Below are positions 15,061-28,199 of a DNA stretch of 64,000 nt, in pieces. The translations under genes were made by a program, and so were the position numbers. The first letter of the stretch is position 1; each line of letters opens with the position of its first letter. The stretch is from the human T2T-CHM13v2.0 reference genome, Homo sapiens: assembly GCF_009914755.1 (NCBI RefSeq), contig NC_060931.1; one strand, written 5' to 3'. A model generated the notes under the pieces. The model did not search any database, had not been told where the DNA came from, and saw nothing but the letters and a program-made list of their open reading frames with translations.

Positions 15061-16040
15061 GAGTTGGATTAATAAACTCACATTTTAATTGGCTGTCTCA
15101 GGCCTCTCCTCTAAGTTTATATCCAATTGTCTACTCAGTATATCAAATGGGATACCTCATATATTCCTAAAACTTACCATGTATCAGATTTAACACGTAA
15201 TTCTGTCCACCAAATATATTCCTTACTTAGGATTTTGTTGCTCAGTAAATTTTAAAACCAACCCTATTTTTTTTTATATTTGTGTCTTCTTCCTCAGCTC
15301 CCTCCACATCTAAACTTATCACCAATTCTAGTCAACTCTCGCTTTTAAATATCTGTCAAGTGTGTCAAATTCTCTTCTACAACCTTCTCTACAACTTTTT
15401 GGACAACATCTTAATCAAGGCTGCTGCTGTCTCTTATATGAACTAGAGCCAGAGACCAATATTTGGTTTTCTCCAGAGCATGTTAATAATTCTAGAATTT
15501 GTTTTTTTGTTTGTTTGTTTCATTGAGGCCATATTTTCAAAACACAAATCTGTTTATATTGCCTATTTAACATTATGCAGTAACTTTTCTTCGTTCATAG
15601 GATAGAAAGCAAATTATTAATTTCTTATGTGTTATGCTCTTAGATATAACGTTTCAGCCCCTTCTTCTGGACACTTTCTACACTATATTTCTCTATGATA
15701 TTTGTAACTCAGGCATTCAGGTCAACTTTCAGTTATTCAAAGGCATTTGCTTTATAGCAGCAGATGCTATTTTGTCTGTCTACTATTTTCACTCACACTC
15801 CCTTTGTATGGAGAAAAATTATTTATTTTCCACAACACATCTTAAAGTTTCTAGCTCAAGGGAATTAATCTGTGACCCATTCCTCCACAAGTTTAGGTCA
15901 GGTCACTTTATTATGGTTTCTCACATAACAAAGTTCTTATGTTAAATGACTCCATTTTAAAATAATCATCCATCTTTGTCATAATTTGTTTAATATCTAT
16001 ATATAAGACATAGTAAACATTCATCAACATTTGATGAATG
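15061..16040 (+). mobile_element. L2 LINE 3' portion
   Basis: atatccaattgtctactc...aaacttaccatgt...ctcagtaaat...catagtaaacattcatcaacatttgatgaatg (L2 3' end). Confidence 0.6.
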
Positions 16041-16616
16041 TCTTAATAAAGTAATGTGTACTAATTCTAAACCAAAGAAGAAATTAGTCAATAATGAGAG
16101 CAAAGTATATTTTGCTGTTTTATTACTTATTTCCAACTTAAAATTTTTTGATTTTCTCATGATTCACAACACCTTTTTCTAAACTTATATTGAGAAAATA
16201 ATGACAATGACTGTTAAGAAATCTTTCATATAGGCAATTACTCTTATGCAGTATATTGACAAGTGCTTAGTATACATAAACTTCTGTTTGACATAATTTC
16301 TTCCTTTTTAATTTATATTATTCTTGAAATTGAAGGAATAAGACACAAATGTGAAAGAATTTGCAACACAACATGATAACCAGTGAGCAATGCAGCTCTA
16401 TTAAACAAAAACACATCTATTTTCTATTATATGCTAACTATAATAGACCATGACATATATCATCCTGGAAAACCTCACACTTTATAATAGTTTATTATTA
16501 AGCACTACAAAAAGGCTTTGGGTTTATTATGGAAAAGCATAGCACAATATTTTGTACACTGTAATATGAGGATATAGAAAGTGCTATGAAACAGAGAGGG
16601 GTTGAGAGATTAAATT

Positions 16617-16945
16617 CAGTCATGTGTCACTTAATGACAGGTTTATTTAGGCAACTTGGTTGTTGTGCAAACATCATAACGTATACTTACGCAAACCTAG
16701 ATGCTAAAACAAACTACACACCTATGCTAGATGGTATAACCCATTGCTCCTAGGTTACAAACTTATACAGAATGTTACCATACTGATTGGTGTAGGCAAC
16801 CGTAACACAATGGTAAATATTTGTGTATCTAAACATGTCTAAATATAGAAAAAGTATAGTAAAATACAGTATTATAATCTCATAGGATCCCCAATGTATA
16901 TGAGGTATATCATTGACCAAAATATTGTTATGTGGTGTGTGATTA
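16617..16945. mobile_element. Tigger3a (MER7A) TcMar MITE
   Basis: Degenerate TIRs cagtcatgtgtcacttaatgac / ttgttatgtggtgtgtgatta followed by TA. The internal aaacctagatg...ccattgctcctagg.tacaaac is typical of Tigger3a. Confidence 0.85.
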
Positions 16946-19900
16946 TACGATGAATTAAATCATGGGAAAGAGTGATGCAAGTATTTTCCAAGAAACATAA
17001 ATAGGATCTGGATCTGAAATGGTAGATAGAATTTGGATAGATGAGGAAGAAAATATTTCAACAAAAGAAATAACATCTCTAAAAGATTTCTAACATTAAG
17101 CAGTAATCAGGGAAAGGAGGACAATCTGTCAATTGCAAATGAATTGTGTAAATAATATAACAGAAAATTATATAAGAAATTTAACTTGTGGCCACTTTAA
17201 TACTAGATTAAAAAATATTAAAATACTTCTGTGCCAGAGGACTAACATAGGAGATAGATGGCCTAAAGATTAACAATTGTGAAATGCTACTGTCTCTGTT
17301 AGACTGAAGAGACTATAGAAAGGAGTGATATTACTAGAACTTATAGCCAGATAGGGAGGAGGCTATCTGATGTTAACTGGAGTCATAGTGTATAAGTACA
17401 GCCGATTTTAGAGATAACACTGTGTAAAAATATTACCTTCACATCTGACAAGAGGAGCAGTTAGGTGCTTTTCAGAAAGATTTCTACAGAGTCATTTAGA
17501 AATGCAGCTTATATTCAGAATGATGTAAAGGAACAAATTGTAAATATATAAATTAATTATTGTATTATGAAAATAATACTCAAAAATAATGCAATGTGGA
17601 GAAATACTCAAATTTACTGTTGAGCAAATACATTGGTGAGATTGGTCATCTTTAAACTTAATCTCCCATCTAGCTTTTAGGCCTCAAAAATTCAGCAAAA
17701 ACAATAATTAATTACAAATTTAAGTTTAACATTGCTTGCAGTAGAGTCATGAAGGTAACAATAAATCAGCATGGAAAATAAATCCCCATGTCTTGTCTTT
17801 CAGTCACAGAGACTCTAACTTTCCTAAGACTTTGTACATTTGTATATTTGATAATATTTTTAAGTTTTCTTTTACTTTTGTTTATGGTTTCCAGAATTAC
17901 AAAAAAAAGTTAAATTCTAATGAAAACACGGTACCATTTTTTTCATGATGAAACTTATGTTTCACTTAATTTGTACTGTGGCTTTTTGAAATCATTAATT
18001 TAGACAACTGTATCTTCATTTGTCATAAATTTGTTTGGTATTTTGAGTATTGTCTTAAGAGGAATAAAAGTTTTTTTCGAAGTGCAGCCCATTTTATCTT
18101 GTGGAGCAGATAATGCCATGTTAGCTTGGTTTTATTTAGGACTACTGGCAAGGACAGTGAAATTATTTCAGATTTAGGTGGATGAAAGGCACTACATTTT
18201 CCTTTAAAAAGGAGAGAATGCATAGTACTTTATTTTTCCCAGTCTTTTTAGATCTTTAAGAGAGGAATTTCCCATTTCAGAGTTCAAAGAGCTTAAAAGG
18301 GTTCCTTACTTTAGATAATTACTTTTTCAAATAAATTTTGCCCACTAATTTCCCTTGGGACTGAACTTGTTCACCTATCATTCAATGTATACCTGGAGAG
18401 TGACTTCGTTGTGTGTCTTCTGACATTCACTTCAGTTGTTAATCTGATGGGAAATGAAGATAATCTTTTCTCTGTGTTACTAACTTACTCAAATTTCTCC
18501 TACTAGACATTTTACTTTTTAATACAATGAAAAAAATTCAATATTCACTTGTCTCATATATTACTAGATTAACCTTTGCTGAGTAGTGAAGTTTCTTATC
18601 AATTCTTTTACAGTGTCCTTTGTTTTTTCTCACAAGCCTAAACATTTTATTTTCTTCAAACTTTCCCACTCTTTTCTTCTTGGCAGTTTTTTTCTAGAAT
18701 ATCTCAGAGAGTTAGGTTGCTTTTCTGTGTATAGGCAAAGAATATTACTCATCTGTGTGGTCAAAAACAACCTAGAAATAATAGTAGTCTCTGTACTAAC
18801 AAATAAATAACAGTGCTTGCACAAGAAATGTTATTATTTTATTTTCCCTGCTTTTTATATGTTTAACCCTGAGAAGAAATGCTACTTCTAGGTTTGGAAA
18901 TGATGTGTATACTCAACAATTCTGTTTTCTTTCCTTGTCACATTAAGCTGATGAAGGTATGAGATAATTTATTGAAGTTCCTTCAGGAGCATACTATAAT
19001 AAAAACACCACACAATGGTAAACAGTATCAAAGATTTGATTCACTATGTTAAACAGTAGTCATTGCAAACTGCATGTATCACATTTTTTGTTTTGTTTTG
19101 TTTTGTTTTATTATAGAGTTACGTAAATTCAGATCATTTCAAAAATGGAATTCCTTTCTTGGATTTTTTTTAATTCTAGAAAAATGAGTTTTGCTCCCTT
19201 GAATAACATAAAATAAAAATACTGGTATCCTGAAGAAATTTAAGCATAGCATTTATTTTCAAATGATATTCAATTTTAGTAGCCAACTGATAGAATACTC
19301 CATTTGCTATAGCAATTTTTAAAAAGTAATTTACTTTATCAGCAAAATTGTGTTTTCAAACAATCTTACTTAGAAGTTTAACATTGAAAATGAGCATTTT
19401 CTGGTTGAAAGATGAGTGTGGGTTCAAAGTTTCATCAGTTTTGAGCTTCTCAGGTGGCTAAAGTCTCCTGCAGCACATAGTGTTCCGTGGAACAAATATG
19501 TATGATTCAGAAGTGCCCATTACAAAGTTGTTGTGGTTTGCAGCAAAATAAAAGTTCCTAAAGGACAAATGGTGTAAACATAGTCTGCAAGTTAGCATTC
19601 TCCTGTGACACAACTTGGACTATAAACATATAGGCAGAAAAGTTTCAATGAAACAGCATTTCTTTTTGTAAATATACTTTTATCATGCCTAGTTCATATA
19701 GCTAGAACTAGGGTTTAAGTTATATACAAAATTATTCAAACTGGTAAAGGTTTGCGAAGCGATGCCTGAGACTTTACAGGAACACACACCATACCATTCT
19801 CTTTCTCTCCCTCTCTCTCTCTTTTGTTGGACTTCTCATTAAGCCTGTCAATAAAAAATGCATGCAGATGTTACTAAAATTACAAAGTACATACCTTTGT

Positions 19901-19965
19901 GTTCCATATTCTATGACTGTTAAATCTCTTTAAAATTAAAACTGAAAATCCTGACAATTTTAATC

Positions 19966-21277
19966 AAAATCAAAAGGAAGTTATTTACTTCCAAGATACA
20001 CTGGAGGTACAGGCATTGGAAAATGCTCCCATTGCAATGGGACAAATTGGCCAAAACAGAGGGGCTTACAGGCTCCATGAAAGTCCAAAATCCAATGGGG
20101 GCAGTCATTAAACCTTAGGGCTCCTAAATAGTCTCCTTTGACTCCATGTCTTACATCCAGATTATTTTGATGCAAGAGGTGGGCTCCCTTGATCTTAGGC
20201 AGCTCTGCTCCTTTGGCTTTGGAGGGTACACCCTCCTACCCTGGCTGCTTTCATGGCTGGTGTTGAGTGTCTGGAACTTTTCCAGGTGCATGACACAAGC
20301 TGTCAATGGATCTACCATTCTGGGATCTGGAGGATGGTGGCCCTCTGCTCAAAGCTCCAGTAGGCTATGCCCCAGTGAAAACCCTGTGTGGGTGCTCCAA
20401 CACCACAATTCCCTCCTGCACTGCCCTAGCAGAAGTTCTCCATGAGGGCTTCCCTGCTGCAGCAGACTTCTGCCTGAACATCCAGGTGTTTCCATACATC
20501 CTATGAAATCTAGGCAGAGGTTCCCAAACCTCAATTCTTGACGTCTGTGCACCCACAGATTCAACACCACATGTAAGTTGCAAAGGCTGGAGGCTTGCAA
20601 CCTCGGAAGCAATGGCCTGAGCTGTATGTTGGCCCCTTTTAGCTATGGCTTTGATGCAGGGTACCAAATCCCAAAGCTTCACAGAACAGCAGTGAGGCCC
20701 TGGAACTAGCCCACAAAGCCATATTTTCTGTCTAGACCTCAGGGTGTGTGATGGGAGGGGCTGCCATGAAGGTCTCTGACATGCCCTGGATACATTTTCC
20801 CCATTGTCCTGGGATTAATATTTGGTCTCTCATTATTTATGCAAATTTCTGTAGCTGGCTTGAATTTCTTCCCAGAAAATGGGTTTTTCTTTTCTATTGC
20901 ATCATCAGACTGCAAATTTTTCAAACCTTTATACTCTGCTTTCCTTTTAAACATAAGTCCCAATTTCAGATCACCTCTCTCACACCCAAAGTTCCACAGT
21001 TGTCTAGGGAAGCAGCAAAATGCCACCAGTATCTTTGCTAAAGCATAGCAACAGTCAGCTTTGCTCCACTTCCCCAGAAGTTCCTCATCTCCATGTGAGA
21101 CCAACTCAGCCTGGACTCCATTGTCCATATCTCTATAAGCATGTTAGTAAACCATTCAACAAGTCTCTTGGTAGTTCCAAACTGTTCCAGCCTCTGCCTG
21201 TTACCCAGTTCCAAAGTCACGTTCACATTTTTGGGTGTCTTTGTAGCACTGCCCCACTCTCTGTCACACCAATTTAC
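19966..21277 (-). mobile_element. THE1-int MaLR internal region, 3'-truncated
   Basis: Continuous THE1/MST internal sequence. On the minus strand it starts gtaaattggt directly after the LTR. ORFs in 19920-21226 are THE1-int remnants. Confidence 0.9.
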
Positions 21278-21652
21278 TGTATTAGTCTGTTCTTACACTG
21301 CTCTAAAGAATTGCCTGATACTGGGTAATTTATAAATGAAGAAGACTTAATTGACTTACAGTTTTACATGGCTGGGGAGGCTTCAGGAAACTTCCAGTCA
21401 TGGCAGAAGGTGATGGCAAAGCAAGGACCTTCTTCACACTGCAGCAGGAGAGAGAGAGTGTGTGAAGTGCAAGGCAAAGAAATGCCAGATGCTTATAAAA
21501 CCATGAGATCTCATGTCATGAGAACTCACTCACTATCACGAGACGAGCACAGAAGAAGCCTTCTTCATGATCCAATCACCTACCTCCCTTGAAAGGTAGG
21601 GATTACAACTCGAGATGATATTTGGGTGGGGACACAGAGCGAAACCATATCA
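21278..21652 (-). mobile_element. THE1C/THE1D 5' LTR
   Basis: Minus strand TGATATGGTTTCGCTCTGTGTCCCCACCCAAAT...ACTAATACA. Confidence 0.9.
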
Positions 21653-22127
21653 AACCTTAAATGCACATTACTAAGTGAAAGAATCCAATCTGAAAAGGCT
21701 GCATACTGTATAATTCTAACTATAAGACATTTTCAAAAAGATGAAACTATGGAGACAATAAAGATGTCAGTGGTTGCCAGGGGTTTGGGAGAGGGAGGGA
21801 TGAATAAATGAAGCACAGAAAATTTTTGTGACAGTGAAACTATTTTGTATGATACTACAGTGGCAGATACATGTCATTATACATTTGTTAAAGCACATAG
21901 AATGTACAACACGAAGAGTGAAATTTGATGTAAACTATTGACTTTGGTGTATAATGATGTGCCAATGTGGGTTCATCGATTGTAACAAATACACTACTGC
22001 AGTGCAGGATGTTGATTGTGGGGAAGGTTGTGGAGGTGTGGGAATAGTGGATATGTGGGAACTCTACTTTCCACTCAGTTTTGCTGTGAATCCAAAACTG
22101 CTTTATAAAGTTTATTAGTTAAAAAAG
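21653..22127 (+). mobile_element. L1MC (L1MC1-like) 3' end
   Basis: ctaagtgaaagaatccaatctgaaaaggctgcatactgt...cagtggttgccaggg...ttttgctgtgaatccaaaactgct, followed by an A-rich end. Confidence 0.8.
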
Positions 22128-22560
22128 ATACATTCCATGCCAGGATACAGCACCGGATTTTTAACAATGGTATTTTTGTTTTCTTAAAATGGTTCCATAT
22201 TGAAGACAGCCTTCAGCTTTAGTTTAAACATGTTGAAATATAGCCAACAATTGCAATTATTATCCAACTTTCTACTACCTTAGATTACACAAAACATACC
22301 CATTAATAAATGGTAACTAAACAATATTCGTTCTACTGGTTTGAGTCTACTGTGAGTCAATACAATAGACTCAAACCAGCTGGTGTTTCTACTTGTCTTA
22401 TTACATTTTATCTCAGATTTTATTTCCAAATTCTACAGTTATTTTCATAGCAAATAGCATTGGTAACTAGATGTATTGTCTTTCTCCAGGTCAGAGGAAA
22501 ACTTTGTTTCCTGGGTAGTATCATAAAGATAAGGAGTCCTCTAAAAAAACTTTAAGTAGG

Positions 22561-22938
22561 TGCATTAGTCTTCTCTCTCATTGCTATAAGGACATACTAG
22601 AGACTGGATAATTTATAAAGGAAAGAGGTTTAATTGACTCACAGTTCCACAAGGCTGGAGAGGCCTCAGGAAACTTACAATCATGATGGAAGGAGAAGCA
22701 AACATGTCCTTCTTCACATGGCAGCAGGAAGGAGAAGAATGAGTGCCCAGCAAAAGGGGAAGCACCTTATAAAACTATCAGATCTCATGAGAACTTACTC
22801 ACTATCATGAGAATAGCATGGAGGAAACTGCCCCAATGATTCAATTACCTCCCACCAGATCCCTTCCATGACACATCGGAATTATGGGAACCACAATTCA
22901 AGTTGAGATTTGGGTGAGAACACAGCCAAATCATATCA
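22561..22938 (-). mobile_element. THE1C-like solo LTR
   Basis: Complete LTR (tgcattagtc...aatcatatca). 5-bp TSD gtagg/atagg with one mismatch. Confidence 0.9.
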
Positions 22939-23126
22939 ATAGGATTGCTGGAAACACCCTTATACAATTGAATATTCTCTGCGTTTAGAGTTCCTTAGCT
23001 GTGACATCATCTTCTGTGTACATGTTCCTGATATAAGCTCATTCTGCATTCTTCATGGCATTTAGGAAAAATGGGGAACTAATGCAAACATGAAGTTTGT
23101 GTGTCCTGCTATTGTATGTGTACTAA

Positions 23127-23508
<382 letters not shown>

Positions 23509-25489
23509 TGATATAGCAGTTTCTTGCGATTAAGGGCTGCTTGGTTGCTTGATAATCATAACTTTGAATATCTCTCTTATTCTCATTCCCCAACACAAAG
23601 AAACTCACACACACACGCACACACAAACACATCATTGTAAAACTGCATGTTTTCCTATAAAATGCTAGCATTCTTTAAAAACTAAACTGATATCTTAAGT
23701 TTGTACAACATTATTATATAACAACACCATTGTACTCTTCTATACAAGAACTCCTTTCATACATTTAATGGTCTTTATAACGTAGATAGAGATGGAAATT
23801 AGTACACTTATTCTGAGGTTGAGAGCACTGAAAACAAAACTTTTAAAATCAATGTATTCAGATTATCTTATTTATCAAATCATTGAGTTATATGTTTAAA
23901 GTGTTGACACAAAGGTGAGTATTGCATACTTCTAGCTCTGAACTGGCTTACAATATATAGCCAATGATTAAACATTTAAAAAGTAAATAAAGTAGGGAAA
24001 TCAGTTAGTCTCCTGTATATTGTATGTGATCAATAACTGCTAGTGCTGCTGCTGCTGACTTAAAAGATAATGATGATTACAATTTCTGGGTTAGAATATA
24101 GAGGAGCAAAGGTATGTGTTATGATGGCATAATAACTAGAGTCTAGTGGAAACAAGATAAATTACCTTATTTAAAATAAATAGCTCTTACTTGAATGTCA
24201 ATGCTTAATAAAGTCACAATGTTGATGTATAGTTTTAAAACATATTAAACATTAGGTAAAATATTTTGTTGTCTACTATCATTGTCTTCATTTTCATGGT
24301 TTAGATAATTTGCTTAAATTTTTCTTTTATTATTTTTAAATAAAAGATAATTTCTCTTAATACTTAACCTTTTAACCTGTTTCTTAGTAAGTAATCATAC
24401 ATCATAAATGTTTTCATAATCCTAGAAATATTCCAAGGTTTAGTTTGGCTGTATTGTTTATGTTAGTCATGCTATGATCTATATGTTATCTTTTACTTCA
24501 TTTTTCTACATTGGTACCTTAATGATGACAAAAAAAAATAATTCCTTTACTAGGTGATTTCATTGTGAAATGCAGAAGTATGGCATCATTGATAAATCTT
24601 AAATACAGATGAAACTGACAAAAACTTAAAACATATCTACACTGACAAATGTTTAACTTTGAAGAGGGATGCGTGATCTATTTTTTTATATACTGAGTAT
24701 TACAAAAGATGTTTCATGCGCAGAAACCTGATTTTAATTTTTAAATGGAGCCATATTGACATCAGTTGGCAGACATGTCAGGTATAATTCTTTGAAGTTG
24801 TGCCAAAAAATATGCATCTCAATCTATTTAATCTGTGACTGTTGAACAGCTTTTCAATATGCTTTTCACAGTGAATTGATAAGAGCTGTTTTTCATTAAA
24901 TTATGTACTTGATAAATATTAAGGTTAATCAAATCAATGATATCAATTTCCACAATAGAAAATGTCGCTAAGAGGAAGAATCACAAACCTAACCACAAAT
25001 AGAACACTGTGCACTTTTAATCTATTTGCATTGACATTGTATTTTAGGAATACATATTAATATATTGAAAACAATTAAAAATAATCAGGTCTGCCTCAAA
25101 ATCTTTCAAGAAGAAATTTGAGCATATATATGTGATAATAGTAATTATTACTATATTTGATATTTATTAACTATTGATAATAGTCATATTATTTATATTG
25201 TTCTCCTCTCAAAGACACTGACTCCATAATAACTGTAGGATAAAATTCACAAACTGCTTATCTTGGCATATAAGGCCTTCGAGAGCTAAGTACTAATATA
25301 TATAACCAATATCATTTTTGCCTAGTTGATAATAAGAGACCTATGCCCCACAGTGATTTGTTCCTGAACAAGCCAGTTGTTTTAATTCCTGTATTGCTTA
25401 CAGTTTTTCCAAACCTCTACTCACTCTACACTGTTTATAATATTTTACATCTCTTTTTTAAACATAAATCCTATCCACCATTCATCTAT

Positions 25490-25970
25490 TGTGGGGGGCT
25501 GTTCCACAGACCCCAGCTTGCACAATGGATGAATAATGTACCCAGACACCAATATTCAGTGAAAGAGCAGCTAGGGTCTGAACAGCTCACAGACACCAAG
25601 GAAGGTGCTGAAAAGAGTCAGCAACCACGGCCCCGACCAGCTGGCCCTGCAGGCATTTATTTAGCACAGTTTTAATGACAAAGGCTTTCCATCAACACAC
25701 CTGTGGGTAGGTAATCTGGTCACCTCCACCCCAGGAGAGCCATCTTGCCCATTAATGATCAAAGGTTAGTTTTAGGACCACATGAGTAAACAAGCTCTTT
25801 AGATAAACTACTCTACATTCCTTTGTATCTGCACCCTAAGCCATTAAATGAATTTGGCTGCCTTTAGCCAAACACTTTATGCAAACCTCTAGGCCTTCCA
25901 AGAGGGTTTGTGTTTATTTCCTATGACTTCATATTACATTTTTTCCCACTAGCCTGAATGAACTTCCACT
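25490..25970 (-). mobile_element. LTR22 solo LTR (HERV-K HML-5)
   Basis: Minus strand ...gttcattcaggctagtgggaaaaa...ataggaaataaacacaaacc.tcttggaagg matches LTR22 U3. Perfect 6-bp TSD atctat (25484-25489 / 25971-25976), typical of betaretroviral integration. Confidence 0.88.
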
Positions 25971-26068
25971 ATCTATGTATTAGGATCATCTTTGAACTTA
26001 GCTGAAAAGAATTTGAACCATCTTGAGAACAATGAGGGGTGGATCCAAGTTCTTGATTCCAGGGCTTC

Positions 26069-26356
26069 AAAATCCTATTATTTTATTCACTTTACCTCTT
26101 AATCTTTTGTTGCCTTTGAAGAAGCAGGTTGCCACCTTGTATGCTGTCTTATAGAAAGGCCCATAAAATCCTAATATTTTATTCACTTTACCTCTTAATC
26201 TTTTGTTGCCTTCGAAGAAGCAGGTTGCCACCTTGTATGCTGTCTTATAGAAAGGGCCATAAAATCCTAATATTTTATTCACTTTACCTCTTAATCTTTT
26301 GTTGCCTTCGAAGAAGCAGGTTGCCACCTTGTATGCTGTCTTATAGAAAGGGCCAT
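26069..26356. repeat. 3 x 96-bp tandem repeat
   Basis: Units start at 26069, 26165 and 26261. Units 2 and 3 are identical; unit 1 differs at 3 positions. Confidence 0.97.
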
Positions 26357-26361
26357 GTTGG

Positions 26362-26854
26362 TGCACACGTATGTTTATTGCGGCACTATTCACAGTAGCA
26401 AAGACTTTGAACCAACCCAAATGTCCAACAATGATAGAGTGGATTAAGAAAATGTGGCACATATACACCATGGAATACTATGCAGCCATAAAAAATGATG
26501 AGTTCATGTCCTTTGTAGGGACATGGATGAAGCTGGAAACCATCATTCTCAGCAAACTATCACAAGGACAAAAAACCAAACACCGCATGTTCTCACTCAT
26601 AGATGGGAATTGAACAATGAGAACACATGGACACAGGAAGGGGAACATCACACTCTGGGGACTGTTGTGGGGTGGGGGGAGGGGAGGATAGCATTAGGAG
26701 ATATACCTAATGCTAAATGATGAGTTAATGGGTGCAGCCAACCAGCATGACACATGTATACATATGTAACTAACCTGCACATTGTGCACATGTACCCTAA
26801 AACTTAAAGTATAATAATAATAAAAAAATAAAAAATAAAAATAAATTAAAAAAA
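26362..26854 (+). mobile_element. Short 5'-truncated L1PA3-like element
   Basis: End of ORF2 (ORF 26371-26613), 3'UTR with gctaaatga...gtaactaacctgcacattg, and an A-rich tail. Perfect 17-bp TSD agaaagggccatgttgg (26345-26361 / 26855-26871). Confidence 0.95.
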
Positions 26855-27109
26855 AGAAAGGGCCATGTTGGAAAAAAATATGGGCAGTTTCCAGTTCATA
26901 GATGACAAGGATGAAGGTCTTCAATCTGGACACCTGAAAGAACTGAATCCTGCTAACCACAACATGAACTTGGAAGAGATACTTCTCCAGTAGAGCTTCT
27001 GAGCAGTGCCTAGCCCTGGATAACATCTTGATCGTCATTCAGAAAACCCAAGTAAGCCATGCCTAGACTCCAGACTGACAGAATATGTAAGCTGATAAAC
27101 TACAAAATA

Positions 27110-28089
27110 TTTTTTTTTTCAACTTTTATTTTAAATTCAGGGGTATGTGTGCAGATTACATATGTAAATGTGTGCTATGGTGGTTTGCTGCACAAATAAT
27201 CCCATCACCAATCATTAAGCCTAGCATCCATTAGTTATATTTTTGTGATGCTCTCTTTCCCATCACCCTCCAAACAGGCCCCAGTGTGTGTTGTTCCCCT
27301 GCTGTGTCCATGTGTTCTCATCATTCAGTTCCCACTTGTAAGTAAGAACATGCAGTGTTGAGTTTCCTGTTCCTGCATTAGTTTGCTGAGGATAATGGCT
27401 TCCAGCTCCATCCATGTCTACAAAGGACATGCTCTCATTCCTTTTTATGGCTGCATAGTATTGTTTAGATGTACCACATTTGCTTTGTCCAGTCTATCAT
27501 TGATTGGCATTTAGGTTGATTCCATGTCCTTACTATTGTGAAGAGCGCTTCGATGAACATATGCTTGCGTGTATCTTTATAACAGAATAATTAATATTCC
27601 TTTAGGCATATATCCAGTAACGGGATTCCTGGGTCACATGGTATTTCTGCTTCTAGATGTTTGAGGAATTGCCACACAGTCTTCCACAATAGTTGAACTA
27701 AATTACACTCCCACCAACAGTGTAAAGGCATTTCTTTTTCTCTACAACCTTGCCAGCACCTGTTGTTTCTTGCCTTTTCAATAATTGCCATTCTGATTGG
27801 TGTGAGATGGTATCTCAATGTGATTTTGATTTGTGTTTCTCTAATGATTAGTGATGTTGAGCTTTGTTTAATATGTTTTTTGGCCTCATCTATATCTTCT
27901 TTTGTGAAGAGCCTGTTCATATCCTTTGCCCACTTTTTATTGTTTTTTTTTTCTTGTAAATTTGTTTGTTTCTTGTAGACTCTGTATATTAGAACTTTGT
28001 CAGATGGATAGATCTCAAAAATTGTCTCCCATTGTGTAGGTTGTCTGTTCACTCTGATGATAGCTTCTTTTGATGTGCAGAATCTCTTT
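27110..28089 (-). mobile_element. 5'-truncated L1PA8-L1PA10-like element
   Basis: Poly-T followed by antisense 3'UTR and ORF2 end (ORF 27591-28145 contains HCWWEC). 15-bp TSD ataaact(a/g)caaaata (27095-27109 / 28090-28104). Confidence 0.92.
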
Positions 28090-28199
28090 ATAAACTGCAA
28101 AATAGTTAAAGGCCCTAAATTTTTAATAATATTACTACACAACAATTGATAACTAATAAAAAATATGTAGCAATTTTGATAGGTGCTGTTTATGTCTAC

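Larger units (their letters stand above)
26040..28160 (+). mobile_element. MLT1(F/G/H-like) LTR fragmented by a tandem triplication and two L1 insertions
   Basis: MLT1 motifs tgaagaagcaggttgccacc, gaactgaatcctgctaaccac and the terminal caattgataactaataaa line up once the L1s at 26362-26854 and 27110-28089 are removed. 5' boundary uncertain. Confidence 0.7.

Noticed and set aside
13442-15088. Dense cluster of overlapping 60-160 aa ORFs in a GC-rich island, resembling a gene or CpG island
   Set aside because: It lies essentially within the MER52 LTR. High GC lowers stop frequency, CpGs are largely decayed, and no protein domain is recognisable.
19920-21335. Multiple ORFs of 60-130 aa
   Set aside because: They are remnant or chance frames of THE1-int.
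26069-26356. Regularly spaced direct repeats resembling a CRISPR array or a repeat-protein gene
   Set aside because: The units are head-to-tail with no unique spacers, derive from an MLT1 LTR, and sit in mammalian DNA with no cas genes.
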